A stretch of 64,000 nucleotides of DNA. It comes from Candidatus Methanomethylicia archaeon (lineage in GTDB: Archaea; Thermoproteota; Methanomethylicia; CALHIW01). The translations under genes and the position numbers were made by a program. Positions 42,781 to 53,494 of the stretch are shown piece by piece (the stretch's first letter is position 1; each line of letters begins with the position of its first letter). The DNA lies in the NCBI GenBank assembly GCA_038845975.1, contig JAWBQF010000003.1, forward strand, positions 32,001 to 96,000. The letters run 5' to 3'. The notes under the pieces were generated by a model. It was not told where the DNA came from, did no database searches, and saw only the letters and a program-made list of their open reading frames with translations.

Positions 42781-43295
42781 ATGCCTCCACATCATATTGG
42801 TTATCGTATAGGTGAGGCTTTAGTTGGGGAGGGGGATGAAATAGCTCATATTGACTTAATAGTTGGAGATAAGGATGGACTGTTGGTGTAGCTTTTGCAG
42901 CTGCATTAGCTTCTCAAAACCCGGGGCATACAACACTATTTGCTGTTTTAGCTCCAAATCTACTAGTAAAGCCTGTAACTCTCATTGCTCCTAAGGTAAC
43001 GATTAAGAATATGAAGCAAGCTGAACTAGCTTTCGGCCCAGCTCAGTATGCAATAGCTAAAGCTGTTATAGATTCTGTTGCTGAAAATATAATTCCAAAA
43101 CATATTGTTGAGGATATTGTAATTATATGTGGCTTATTTATTCATCCTAATGCTAAGGATCCAGATAAGGTTTTTAAGTATAATTATGATGCTGTAAAGT
43201 TAGCTTTAAAAAGAGCATTAATATGTGAACCATCTATTGATGAAGTGCTTGCTAAGAGGGATACTGCAATACATCCATTCTATAAACCAAAATAA
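42781..43295 (+). pseudogene. fae: Formaldehyde-activating enzyme with a 1-nt frameshift (pseudogene or sequencing error)
   Basis: [23 protein letters not shown], then a shift at ~42880 (ggactgtt, expected gga cct gtt), continuing VGVAFA...KPVTL.APKVTIK...FGPAQ.AIAKAV...YNY.A. Confidence 0.85.
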
Positions 43296-43439
43296 TCTTT
43301 TTTGCAATACATCTATTCCTTAACACTTAGTTAATTCAACATATACATTATGTAGTATTTATTTTAGCTTTGTAGAGTGTAGTTTTAGTTTAACATATTA
43401 ACAATTTATCTTATATATGATTTCCCCAATTCTTGAATA

Positions 43440-45218
43440 CTATGGAATAAGGCTTACTGGCCTGTAGTTTACTGTGTCTATGAGTCCTTTCTCAGTTATT
43501 CTTAGTTCAGGTAGGACATCTAGAGCTAGTAGAGATATTGTCATGAATGGGGAAATCCATCTACATCCTTTCTCCCTCCATATTTTATATGTTTTTTCAA
43601 GTTCTTCAGCAACTGTTTCAGGCTCCTCTATTGACATGAGTCCAGCTAGGGGAAGCCTAATGAATGCTAGCTTCTCCCCTTTATCTACGGTGATTATTCC
43701 ACCTCCTTCTTTTTCAAGTTCTCTTATTGCCATTACCATGTCTTCATCTCTTAAACCTATTACTAATATATTATGGTTGTCATGAGCTACTGTTGATGCA
43801 ATTGCTCCAAGCTTAAATCCAAAGCCTTTTACGAATCCAAGTCCTATTTCTCCAGTCCCCCTATGTCTCTCGATTACGGCAATCTTGTATATATTTCTCT
43901 CAGCATCAGGTAGGATAATGCTATTGTTAACATGTAGCTCTTCTATGGAGCTTCTTGTTAATACGCTTCCTTCAATTGCTTCTATTGCTCTAACTTCAAT
44001 TTTTCCCTCTTCAATAGGGGCTCTTACCTCAAGATCCTTCGTTTTTATTTCTCTTCCTATATTTACTGTTTTTAAATGTTTTTCTTCATATTTCGGTTTC
44101 TCCAAATCTGCTAATAGCCTTCCATTTCTTGCAATTACTTTTCCATCTGCAATTACTGTTTCAACTTCAACCCTGCTTAGATTCCTCAATATAAGAATAT
44201 CGGCATATTTAGATGGTGCTATACTTCCTATTTCTCTATCTAGATTGTAGTGTTCTGCTGGATTTATTGTAGCCATCTGTATTGCTCTAATAGGGTCAAC
44301 TCCCTCCTCTATTGCTCTTCTTACAACATGATTCATATGTCCCTGCTTCAGTATGGAGTTTATTTCCCTATCGTCTGTTACTAGGCAGGCATGTCTTGAA
44401 TCTATTTTCGTCTCTGTTATTGCCTTTACTGTTTCAGCTACATCAAGCCAAGCAGATCCCTCCCTCATATATACATACATGCCAAGTCTCAGTCTTTCAA
44501 CCGCATCTATTTTCCTTGTTAATTCATGAGATGATGAAATTCCAGCAGCAACATAAGCTGTAAGATCTCTTCCTAATAGGCCTGCATCATGCCCCTCAAC
44601 TACTTTTCCAATTTTATGTGTAACATTTATCTTTTCAAACACCTCCATATCTACTGATAAAACTCCTGGATAATTCATCATTTCCCCTAGCCCTACTACC
44701 TCATTCCAGCTAAGCATTTCCTCTACTTCTCTTGGTCCAAGATATGCTCCGGATGTTTCAAACATCGGATTTGCTGGTACACATGATGGAGCAGTTATGA
44801 AAACCTTAAGAGGAAGATTTTTCCCCTCCATAATCATAAGTTTTACTCCATCTAGTCCTAGTACATTTGCTATTTCATGTGGATCTATGAAGACTGTTGT
44901 AGTTCCTCTCGGTAAAACAGTTTTCGCAAATCCTGTTAGATTTAGCATACTACTTTCAACATGAACGTGAGCATCTAAAAATCCTGGAACCACATATTTC
45001 CTCTCCGCATCAATAATGATGGTATTATCTCCTACTGTATGAGATATATCCCCAATACTTGCAATTCTATCCCCCTTTACAGCTATTCCCCAACCCTCCA
45101 GAACCTCTCCAGAATTCACGTTAACAAGAGTTGAGTTAAGAATAGCTAGATCTGCTTTCTCTATTCCTAAAGCCACCTTAACTAGAGATTTAGAAACTTC
45201 CCAAAGCTTACTTCTCAT
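43440..45218 (-). CDS. ade: Adenine deaminase
   Basis: DAHVHVESS, DPHEIANV, LGEMMN, REGS, VTDD and AHDNHN. Confidence 0.95.
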   Translation of the reverse strand: MRSKLWEVSKSLVKVALGIEKADLAILNSTLVNVNSGEVLEGWGIAVKGDRIASIGDISHTVGDNTIIIDAERKYVVPGFLDAHVHVESSMLNLTGFAKTVLPRGTTTVFIDPHEIANVLGLDGVKLMIMEGKNLPLKVFITAPSCVPANPMFETSGAYLGPREVEEMLSWNEVVGLGEMMNYPGVLSVDMEVFEKINVTHKIGKVVEGHDAGLLGRDLTAYVAAGISSSHELTRKIDAVERLRLGMYVYMREGSAWLDVAETVKAITETKIDSRHACLVTDDREINSILKQGHMNHVVRRAIEEGVDPIRAIQMATINPAEHYNLDREIGSIAPSKYADILILRNLSRVEVETVIADGKVIARNGRLLADLEKPKYEEKHLKTVNIGREIKTKDLEVRAPIEEGKIEVRAIEAIEGSVLTRSSIEELHVNNSIILPDAERNIYKIAVIERHRGTGEIGLGFVKGFGFKLGAIASTVAHDNHNILVIGLRDEDMVMAIRELEKEGGGIITVDKGEKLAFIRLPLAGLMSIEEPETVAEELEKTYKIWREKGCRWISPFMTISLLALDVLPELRITEKGLIDTVNYRPVSLIP

Positions 45219-45414
45219 AGGATTTCCTACATAGCTAGAATAAATACTTTCCTATAATCGGTACGATCAAGTTAAATCCTAAACTTTATGAGTTACTATA
45301 TACTAACTTAATGGTATTATCTATACCTCACAGTAAATTAGAGTTATGATTAACTAGGCTATTTGTATTTAGCTATAAGATTAGAATTATAGTGTTTATG
45401 ACGTCTATTAATTA

Positions 45415-46059
45415 CTATATATTGGGTTTTGTAAACTGTTCTGTTGCCTTTAGTAGCCATATGTTTTCTCTTCTTGCTTTCTCTATTAGTTCAGACATTG
45501 GTAGCGACGTGTAAATGTCTGGTATAATTCTTTCTCTAAGTAGATTTGGATACTTCTCCCTTAACTTCTTTGGTTTTCTCTTTAATTCATTTATAGCTTT
45601 CACTCCAGCTCTAACCTTAGCTTCACCAACAATACATAGATTATCTGAAACGCCATAAATATTAACTTCAATATCTGGAAGTGTTAAAGATGTAATCTCA
45701 ACATTAATACCCATCTCCTTAAGTCTATGCTTAACTACTGATCTAGCTTCATCTTCAACATCTACTGTAAGCTTCTCCAAAGTTTTCTCAATTCTGCCAA
45801 GTCTAGCAAGCATACTTCTAAAATCTTTTCTAAGTGCTATTTGCTCTTTTCTAAGTTCAGCTATCTCGTTGGTTAAGGACTCAAATTTCTTTGAGTGTTC
45901 AAGAAGTTTAGCTCCTATAGCTTCAAATCCATTTTTCATATATGTTGCTAGAGATTCAATAGCTTTAGCCATGGTCTTCATCTCTCTAGTTTTAGATTTC
46001 TCTACTGTCTTCTTAATGATTTTCTCAATATCACTCCATGAAATACTAGTTGAAGACAT
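45415..46059 (-). CDS. Coiled-coil protein with a PD-(D/E)XK-like C-terminal domain
   Basis: Heptad coiled coil, then EDEAR...EVNIYG...VGEAKVR. Confidence 0.65.
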   Translation of the reverse strand: MSSTSISWSDIEKIIKKTVEKSKTREMKTMAKAIESLATYMKNGFEAIGAKLLEHSKKFESLTNEIAELRKEQIALRKDFRSMLARLGRIEKTLEKLTVDVEDEARSVVKHRLKEMGINVEITSLTLPDIEVNIYGVSDNLCIVGEAKVRAGVKAINELKRKPKKLREKYPNLLRERIIPDIYTSLPMSELIEKARRENIWLLKATEQFTKPNI

Positions 46060-46148
46060 TACTCATTATAACACAAGATTATTTTTAAACATTTCTAAGC
46101 TTTGCATTCAATTATATGTGGTGCTTACATTTGCAGAGGAAATTAATC

Positions 46149-47009
46149 CTATGTGTAATACTTATTCTTCATGTTTACAATTTCTCTCATAAGCCTCTCT
46201 GCATAGCTTCTATCATGATATGCTTTAATTCTTTTAATTGTTGTATCGTAGACATCTATGGATTCCTCCTCTAATTCTCCCCTTGAATATCTTGGATCTA
46301 TCTCAATTAGCTTCTCAATTAATATTTTCCTCTCCTACTTAGGCATTATTTTCGGATCCGTCATTGCAGATGCTCTTGCAGGATTCCTTCATCTAATAGG
46401 TATTTTAAGGCTTTAAATGGTAATTCATAATATTCACCTAATGCTCCTGTTCTCTGAGTAAATCTTTCCGGAGTTGCAGCTTTAAATGAAACCCTAACAT
46501 AGATGAAGCTTGAAAACCTTGATAGCTTCCTTACATAGTCTCTATCAGCTCCGAGAATTATACCGTTTGTTTCAAGATAGAATGGGAAGTTTAGATTTTC
46601 AACATATTCCAGAAGAGTGAAAAGATGTTCCTTACCGATAGTAGGCTCACATCCAGATAGGCGGAGCTTATTGATTTTCGGTATCTTTAATCTCCAGTAT
46701 GGTGAGTATATATTATACCCTTCTCAGCTGCCTCTAGAAGTTTTTCAGCCGCATTTCTTGGGGAGTAGAATTCCCCAAAAATTTCAGGGAAGTCTCTTGA
46801 CCAGTTACTCCAACAATAGAAGTATCGTAAACAACAGCCAACAGCATAACCGGTAGCAATACCCCTATAAACAGGAACTGAGTAGAAATCAGTATATTTC
46901 CCCTCAACACCGTTGGGCCCCTCCTAGTAACTATGGCTTCTGTTCTCCTCGCTAACTCTAGAGGATCAAAGGGTTTAAACCCCTCAACTAGGAAATGCTG
47001 ATACTCCAT
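46149..47009 (-). pseudogene. Radical SAM protein pseudogene
   Basis: Manual re-framing gives IATGYAVGCCLRYFYCW (CxxxCxxC with the middle Cys changed to Tyr), RLSGCEPT, LETNG and VRVSFKA. There are at least two frameshifts and an in-frame TAG near 46340. Confidence 0.85.
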
Positions 47010-47146
47010 ATCCTTAAGCCACTTAATTTACTAATATTTCCTTAGCTTTAAAGCTTCCTATTATGTATTTTGTTACGTTTAAATTGCTGGAGTTGATGGG
47101 GAGCATTAAGTTAATGAGAACCTAATGTCAGCCTGAGAGCATGGGT

Positions 47147-47971
47147 TTAATGTTTCCTATTTCTATATCCATTAATGCAGCCGATCTTTATTTCGCTTGA
47201 AAGCTTAGCTATTTCAGGTAGTTTCTGAAAGGGGTTGTTTAAGTTTTCTGAATATACTTTTGCATAAGCACTTCCCACAACAACTCCATCCGCGCCAGCT
47301 GATACTATGGTTTCAGCATGTTCTCCTCTAGATACTCCGAATCCAACCATTACTGGGATTTCTGCTTCCTTCTTTACGTTTCTTATTAGGTTTGTTATTG
47401 TTTTCCAGCTCCTTATTTTTGATCCTGTAACTCCCTTGATTCCTATGATGTAAATGAAGCCTGAAGCCTCCGCTACTATCTTTCTAAGTCTCTCTCTAGA
47501 TGTTGTTGGTGAAACCTGTAGAATTAGGTTTAAATTTCTTCCTCTAATTATGTTTAGGAAGGGTTTAGCCTCCTCTATGGGTAGATCTGGAATTAAGATT
47601 CCTTGAGCTCCAGTTCGTTTTATCTTATCTAGGAAGTTATTGAAGCCCATAACGTATGGGATATTGAAGTACGTAGTAACTATTATAGGCATTTCTAATC
47701 CTAAATCTCTAAGCTTTTTAATTCCCTCTATACATCTATTCGGCGTTATGCCTGCTTTTAAAGCTCTTTCACATGCTGCCCGGAATACTTCACCGTCAGC
47801 TATAGGGTCTGAGAAGGGAATTCCGAACTCTACGATGTCCACTCCATTACTGGTAAGTGTTTCTATAAGTTTAATTGAGAACTCCTCGTTTGGATCTCCA
47901 TAGTATATATGGGCTATATGTCCACCCTCTTTACGTTTCTTTAACTCTTGGAGTTTCTCTTCAAGATCCAT
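47147..47971 (-). CDS. trpA: Tryptophan synthase alpha chain
   Basis: EFGIPFSDPIADG, PDLP, GVTG, VGFGVS and GVVVGSA. Confidence 0.96.
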   Translation of the reverse strand: MDLEEKLQELKKRKEGGHIAHIYYGDPNEEFSIKLIETLTSNGVDIVEFGIPFSDPIADGEVFRAACERALKAGITPNRCIEGIKKLRDLGLEMPIIVTTYFNIPYVMGFNNFLDKIKRTGAQGILIPDLPIEEAKPFLNIIRGRNLNLILQVSPTTSRERLRKIVAEASGFIYIIGIKGVTGSKIRSWKTITNLIRNVKKEAEIPVMVGFGVSRGEHAETIVSAGADGVVVGSAYAKVYSENLNNPFQKLPEIAKLSSEIKIGCINGYRNRKH

Positions 47972-49130
47972 AGAAACTCCTTAAAATAGTGTCTAGGTCT
48001 TTATCTCCTCTTCCAGAATGGTTTATAACGACTATTTCATCATGGCTAAATTCTTCCCTATGGTTTAACACGTATGCTATGGCATGTGCTGTTTCAAGAG
48101 CTGGTATAAGTCCTTCTGTTCTACACATTATTTTCACCGCCTCATAAACATCATTATCAAAAACATAGCATGGCTTAACTCTCCCGATCTCGCAGAGATA
48201 TGATATTTCAGGCCCTCTTCCAGGGTAATTTAGTCCAGCAGCTCTAGTTCTTGATGGTTTTATTTGTCCATACTCATCCTGTAGGATCTGCATTAAGCTT
48301 CCATGGAGAACTCCCGGTCTTCCAAGCTGGAAGGCAGCTGCACTATTATCAGCATTAAGGTTTTCCCCACCTCCCTCAACAAAGTATAGCCTAACGTTTT
48401 CCTCGTTAATGAATGGCTTAAATATGCCGAGAGCATTACTTCCACCGCTTCCACATGCTACTATAGCGTCAGGTAGTCTCCCCTCCTTCTCAAGTATTTG
48501 TTGTTTAGTCTCCTTTCCTATTATGCTTTGGAATGATGTGACAATTGTTGGAAATGGATGTGGGCCGACAGCCGATCCTATGAGGTAATGTGTTGTCTTC
48601 TGGCATGAAGCCCATTCCCTAAGGGTTTCCGAAACAGCATCCTTTAAAACACCTTCCCCTGCTTTTATAGGTCTTATTCTTGCTCCTAGAAGCTTCATCT
48701 TCTTAACGTTAACTGTTTGACGTTTAATATCCTTAACGCCTATAAATATTTCTGTTTTAAGACCACATATATTCCCAGCCATAACTGTAGCTAGGCCATG
48801 CTGTCCAGCAGCAGTTTCAGTTATTAAACGTTTCTTACCCATTTTTTTAGCTAGGAGAGCCTGCCCTAGAGTATTATTAAGCTTATGTGATCCGCCGCAA
48901 AGTAAATCCTCCCTCTTCAAATATATTTTGAAGCCTACAAATCTACTGAGGTTTCTCGCATAGTAGAGTGGTGTTGGTCTTCCACCGTAATCTCTTAGGA
49001 GCTCTATAAGCTCCTCTTGAAACTCTGGTGTTGGATATATTTTTTCGAATGCTTCTTCAAGCTCTATGAGGGCCTGCATTAAAACCTCACTTATGTATTG
49101 TCCACCATATCTTCCAAACCTTCCCTTCAA
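47961..49130 (-). CDS. trpB: Tryptophan synthase beta chain (TrpB1)
   Basis: LKREDL..GSHK, AGQHG, GPHPFP, GGSNA, PALETAHA and SGRGDKD. Confidence 0.96.
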   Translation of the reverse strand: MKGRFGRYGGQYISEVLMQALIELEEAFEKIYPTPEFQEELIELLRDYGGRPTPLYYARNLSRFVGFKIYLKREDLLCGGSHKLNNTLGQALLAKKMGKKRLITETAAGQHGLATVMAGNICGLKTEIFIGVKDIKRQTVNVKKMKLLGARIRPIKAGEGVLKDAVSETLREWASCQKTTHYLIGSAVGPHPFPTIVTSFQSIIGKETKQQILEKEGRLPDAIVACGSGGSNALGIFKPFINEENVRLYFVEGGGENLNADNSAAAFQLGRPGVLHGSLMQILQDEYGQIKPSRTRAAGLNYPGRGPEISYLCEIGRVKPCYVFDNDVYEAVKIMCRTEGLIPALETAHAIAYVLNHREEFSHDEIVVINHSGRGDKDLDTILRSFYGS

Positions 49131-49154
49131 GTACGTTCACCTAGTCATCTATAG

Positions 49155-49475
49155 CTATACTTGGAATCTTCTTCCAGTAGCGTATAGCATGCCCCCAGTA
49201 ATTTCCTTTACTGAGATTGGAGGATCATCCATACATATGGTATCTACTCTATCCTGTACTATAACTCTTCCATTCTTCACTATTACAATTATTTTAGGAT
49301 CAAAGCCTATGAAGGAGTATTCCGTAAGATTCTCAGGTTCAGTAAGAGATTCTAGAATGTGGATGTAATCATAGTGTTGATGGATTTTTACGAAGAACTC
49401 CAAAGGGAATTTTCTGTTTTTAATCCTTATTATTTCTGGTTTATGGTTAATGGTTTTCTGGAAGTTTAAGGTCAT
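49155..49475 (-). pseudogene. trpE: Truncated anthranilate synthase component I (N-terminus only)
   Basis: ILESL...L.EYSFIGFDP N-terminal motif; only 106 aa, and it sits inside the trp operon. Confidence 0.75.
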
Positions 49476-49539
49476 ATTAATCCCACTTAATCATACGACA
49501 TTTCCAACATATTAGTGGTTTATCTAGGTTAAGTATGAT

Positions 49540-50340
49540 TTATTTAGCTGTTTCATGTAGCTCTTGATTTAGTAAACATAGCTCCATAACTTTACCTCTT
49601 ATATCCCTAGCTTCACTTATAGCTGTTCCAACAAGTATTCCATCGGCATACTTCATTACGAACTTAACATCATCAACACATCTTATCCCTGACTCGCTTA
49701 CTAGGAATTCCGCATTAACCATTTCCGAAAGTATTTCCGTCTTCTTAAGATCTTTATCCTCCCCCTCACCGTTATTTATTCCTACAAGTCTTGTGGAAGT
49801 TCTGGATATTATTTCAGCATCTCTAGCTGTACTTATTTCAACTAACGGCTCCATATTGAAGCTTCTTCCAAGCTGTATTAGATCCTCTATATCCCTATGT
49901 TTTTCAAATTGGTCTGCTATGAGGAGGTATGAGCTTGCGCCTGTAGCTGCAGTTTCATATATTTGAAATTCCTCAATAATTAAATCCTTTCTTAAGGTTG
50001 GAATATTAAATAGTCTTGAGGTAACATATAGATAATATAGTGATCCACGATAGTATACGGGTTCAGTAAGTATTGAGATGGCTGCTGCTCCACCCTTAAT
50101 CATCTCCGATATTGTGGTAATAGGATCATAATAGAAGCGATATATGGCTCTAGGTGATGCTGGCTTAAACTCAGCTATAAGTGGAACCCTATCCTTAACT
50201 GATTTAAGCGTTGAAATGATGTTTAGCCTCATAATCTTTCTAGCTTCATCAGCAAGCTCTTCAAGCTGTTTAGTATCTATACGTTGCTTATCGTAGAGTA
50301 TATGTCTACGCATATCACTAAATATTTCACTTCTACTCAT
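49540..50340 (-). CDS. trpC: Indole-3-glycerol phosphate synthase
   Basis: IAEFKPASP, SILTEP, LRKD, PLVE, GINN and VSESGI. Confidence 0.93.
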   Translation of the reverse strand: MSRSEIFSDMRRHILYDKQRIDTKQLEELADEARKIMRLNIISTLKSVKDRVPLIAEFKPASPRAIYRFYYDPITTISEMIKGGAAAISILTEPVYYRGSLYYLYVTSRLFNIPTLRKDLIIEEFQIYETAATGASSYLLIADQFEKHRDIEDLIQLGRSFNMEPLVEISTARDAEIISRTSTRLVGINNGEGEDKDLKKTEILSEMVNAEFLVSESGIRCVDDVKFVMKYADGILVGTAISEARDIRGKVMELCLLNQELHETAK

Positions 50341-51420
50341 CTATATCCTCCATGAAGACTCAACTATTTCTTCAAGTTTCTTATAGGCTAATCCATCATC
50401 TATAATCTTCCCGGCAAGCTCAACCCCATCCCTAAAGCTTTTAACTAGCCTACCTACAAGAAGTGATCCTGCAGTATTTACAAGTAGGAAGTCTCTTTTC
50501 TCTTTCCTCTCCTCTCCTCTTAGAATTCTCCTTATTATTTCAGCATTACATTTAGGATTGTCCTCTTCAGGTTTTAAATCCTCCACTTTAGCCTTCTTAA
50601 TCCCGAAATCCTCAGGAGTAACTTCATATATGTCTTTAACTCTACCATTCTCGATTTCTGCTATTAGTGTAGGTCCTGTATTTGAAACTTCATCCAGTCC
50701 ATCCAATCCATGAACGACCAGAGCCTTAACGTATCCTAGTCTTGCAAGAACTTCAGCTACTGGTTTAACAAGCTCTCTCCTATATACTCCTAATACATGA
50801 GCCTTAACGTGAGCTGGATTTATTAATGGACCTATAACAGTATAGAATACTGTTTTAACTCCAAGTTCGCTTTCAGGCTTTAAAACCTTACCCATTACTG
50901 GATGGAATAGAGGAGCGTAGAGAAATGCGTATCCAACCGTTTCAATAAGTTTCTCAGCTTGGCTCTTCGTTAAATTTATGTTAATACCTAATGCCTCAAG
51001 TACATCTGCACTTCCTGACATATGGGAAATAGATCTACTTCCATGTTTTGCTACAGGTATTCCAGCGGCTGCAGTAACTATACTATTAGCAGTACTTACA
51101 TTAAATGTTAATAATCCACCACCAGTACCACAAACATCAACAATTAAATTGTTAACTCTAGGCTTCACAACAATAGCGTTTAAACGCATCCATTCAGCAA
51201 TAGCTGTAAGCTCCTCAACACTAACACCCTTAATTGCTAATCCTATAAGAAAACCGCCGATCTGTGTATCTGTCACATGATTATTCTTTATCTCTTCAAG
51301 AACGTTAAATATCTCATCCCTACTTAACCTCTCTCCTCTTACAAGTTTATCTATAGCTTCCTGGATATGTAATCCTTTAATTACCATTGGGACATAATTC
51401 CACCGGATATTAACGTTCAT
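50341..51420 (-). CDS. trpD: Anthranilate phosphoribosyltransferase
   Basis: DVCGTGG, FNVST, KHGSRS.S..SGSADVLE, GPLINP and GLDE. Confidence 0.95.
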   Translation of the reverse strand: MNVNIRWNYVPMVIKGLHIQEAIDKLVRGERLSRDEIFNVLEEIKNNHVTDTQIGGFLIGLAIKGVSVEELTAIAEWMRLNAIVVKPRVNNLIVDVCGTGGGLLTFNVSTANSIVTAAAGIPVAKHGSRSISHMSGSADVLEALGININLTKSQAEKLIETVGYAFLYAPLFHPVMGKVLKPESELGVKTVFYTVIGPLINPAHVKAHVLGVYRRELVKPVAEVLARLGYVKALVVHGLDGLDEVSNTGPTLIAEIENGRVKDIYEVTPEDFGIKKAKVEDLKPEEDNPKCNAEIIRRILRGEERKEKRDFLLVNTAGSLLVGRLVKSFRDGVELAGKIIDDGLAYKKLEEIVESSWRI

Positions 51421-52372
51421 ATTAAGCTATTTAAGTCTTTCCTGTACAAAAATGAGTATTGCAAATCTAGTGAAGTTGTAATTTGTAGACTAGATCTAGT
51501 AGAGAATTATTGAAATCTGTTTAAGTAGCTTGCTGATTGTAGTATTGGATTTCCAGCCCATATATTAAACATGTTCTGCAAGTTGTTGAAGTTATATTAG
51601 AGTTTGCGGTTTACTTGTATTTATTGCTTCTCTTGATTTACTGGATGCTTACTCATGTATTTAAGCGTTTTCTTCTATTTCATCAGTACAGCTTCCTATT
51701 GTTTATTATGTTAGGTTATGGTTTACTCAGCGTCTTAATATATTTATGAGTATGATTATCATTATTTATTAGCAGCTTAATGCTTAACATATACAATTCT
51801 AGGGATAGATTCCGTTAGCTTTGTGACTTAATATTCATTTCTCGTAATCTATATCATTAAATACTATGGTTATAGGAATGTTTATTAAGCTTTTCGTAAT
51901 TTATGTAAACTTGAATTTGCAAATTTCAGAATTAAGCCACAAAGCATTCCGTTTATTATTCTATAACTCCATCTATATATCAATGATGTGTTAGTATTTT
52001 AGAGCTATTGACTAGTAATGGTTGCTAATTTTCTTGATTGTTTGATGGAGATTCTGATTATGGATTGAATGTTTATACACTTCTATCGCTTACATATTCT
52101 AGTGGATGGCTATTCATATGTATTTCCATGATTACATGATACTGGAATTACTATAAATCTATTGGAAGCTAATCGATTAACTATGGAAACATTTAGTAAT
52201 GGGGAAGAGATTAACAGAACTATATCATTCATTAAAGAAGCGGAATTGAACCTGTAAGCCCAATAAGATACTAGTAGTAAAATTCAAGTTTACACTTATA
52301 GAATTTTCTTAATTCTACTTGAAGCTATAATGTTTACGTTAGATTTATATTTGTAGGGTTCATATATTTTCG

Positions 52373-52798
52373 GTGTTGGATATGCATTTATGGATTAAGG
52401 AGTTTGAGAAGGTTGTTGAAAGTATAAAAACATCTAATAGACGATTACAAACCCTTATAGAGCTTATGAAGTCTAAGAGGATTTCCCAATTAACATTTGA
52501 GTATTTAAAGAGAAGCTATGAATCTGAAGCTAAAAGTATCGAGGAGAGACGTAGAAGCCTACTTGATAGATTAAGAAATTACCTTAACGAAATCGATCAG
52601 CAGATAAAATCTATTGAGAAACGTATTGTCAGCATTGAGGAGAGATATACTGTAGGGGAAATAGATGAGGAATCCTACAAGAAACAGATAGAAGCATTAC
52701 AAACAATACTTCAAGGAGTAACTGAAGAATTCGAATCTGTCAAGAAATCAATAGCTGTACTAGAGGAGTTAAAGATAGAGCTTCCAGGAGAACTATAG
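52373..52798 (+). CDS. CdvA-like coiled-coil protein (no PRC barrel)
   Basis: RR...L..L....RIS..TF..L...Y and RY.VGEIDEE.Y patterns of the CdvA coiled coil. Confidence 0.7.
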   Translation: MLDMHLWIKEFEKVVESIKTSNRRLQTLIELMKSKRISQLTFEYLKRSYESEAKSIEERRRSLLDRLRNYLNEIDQQIKSIEKRIVSIEERYTVGEIDEESYKKQIEALQTILQGVTEEFESVKKSIAVLEELKIELPGEL

Positions 52799-52857
52799 TA
52801 GAACCCATACTCTAAAATGAAATACTGTTAGTGTATGGAGTTACATAAAGGATTTAG

Positions 52858-53334
52858 ATGGCTAAGAGACACTTAATGTTTTGTAAAGACTTTAAAGAGT
52901 TTGCTTATAACAAGTTTGAAAACTACATACTTAAAATTTTTGTTTTAGGTTCAGCTAAACGTGGAGAATGGGTTTACGGTAGGTCAGATATAGATATAAT
53001 TGTTGTATTGAGGAGAAAAGGTGTTGAAAGCTTTATATGTAAGTATTATTGGTATTTAGATTTAAAATATGAAACAAACATAATAAACATACCGTTCTAT
53101 CATCCTCCAATAATGTTTGTTAGAAATAATATAGATTATAAGCTTGCATTTATAGATTTAATTCCTAATAAATCTCCACGTTTAAGTATGATTTTGAAGA
53201 AATCACTTCACTGTATAGTTCCAAGAATTAAATACTTAAAACCATGGCTTACAAAACATCCAGTAATTGCTAGTAATCTATTCCTAGCAATACTCCTCCC
53301 TATTAGGAGTCTAGCTAGAAAGCTAGAGTCGTAA
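52858..53334 (+). CDS. Minimal nucleotidyltransferase (MNT) domain protein
   Basis: GSAKRG...SDIDIIVV. Confidence 0.8.
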   Translation: MAKRHLMFCKDFKEFAYNKFENYILKIFVLGSAKRGEWVYGRSDIDIIVVLRRKGVESFICKYYWYLDLKYETNIINIPFYHPPIMFVRNNIDYKLAFIDLIPNKSPRLSMILKKSLHCIVPRIKYLKPWLTKHPVIASNLFLAILLPIRSLARKLES

Positions 53335-53494
53335 AGTCTAAATACCACCATTCTACATAGCTTAAGTTACATTAAATTTGATGGGAGACATAAAGCTTTA
53401 GCTCTTGAATGAGTAAGTATACCAATACTATTCTAGGAGTATATTGCCTATTTTAGCATCTTACCTGTTTACTATAATGAAAAATAATGGGGAT

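Noticed and set aside
47090-47140. Possible C/D sRNA (ttgatgg...ctga)
   Set aside because: The C box is non-canonical and I could not assign an rRNA target.
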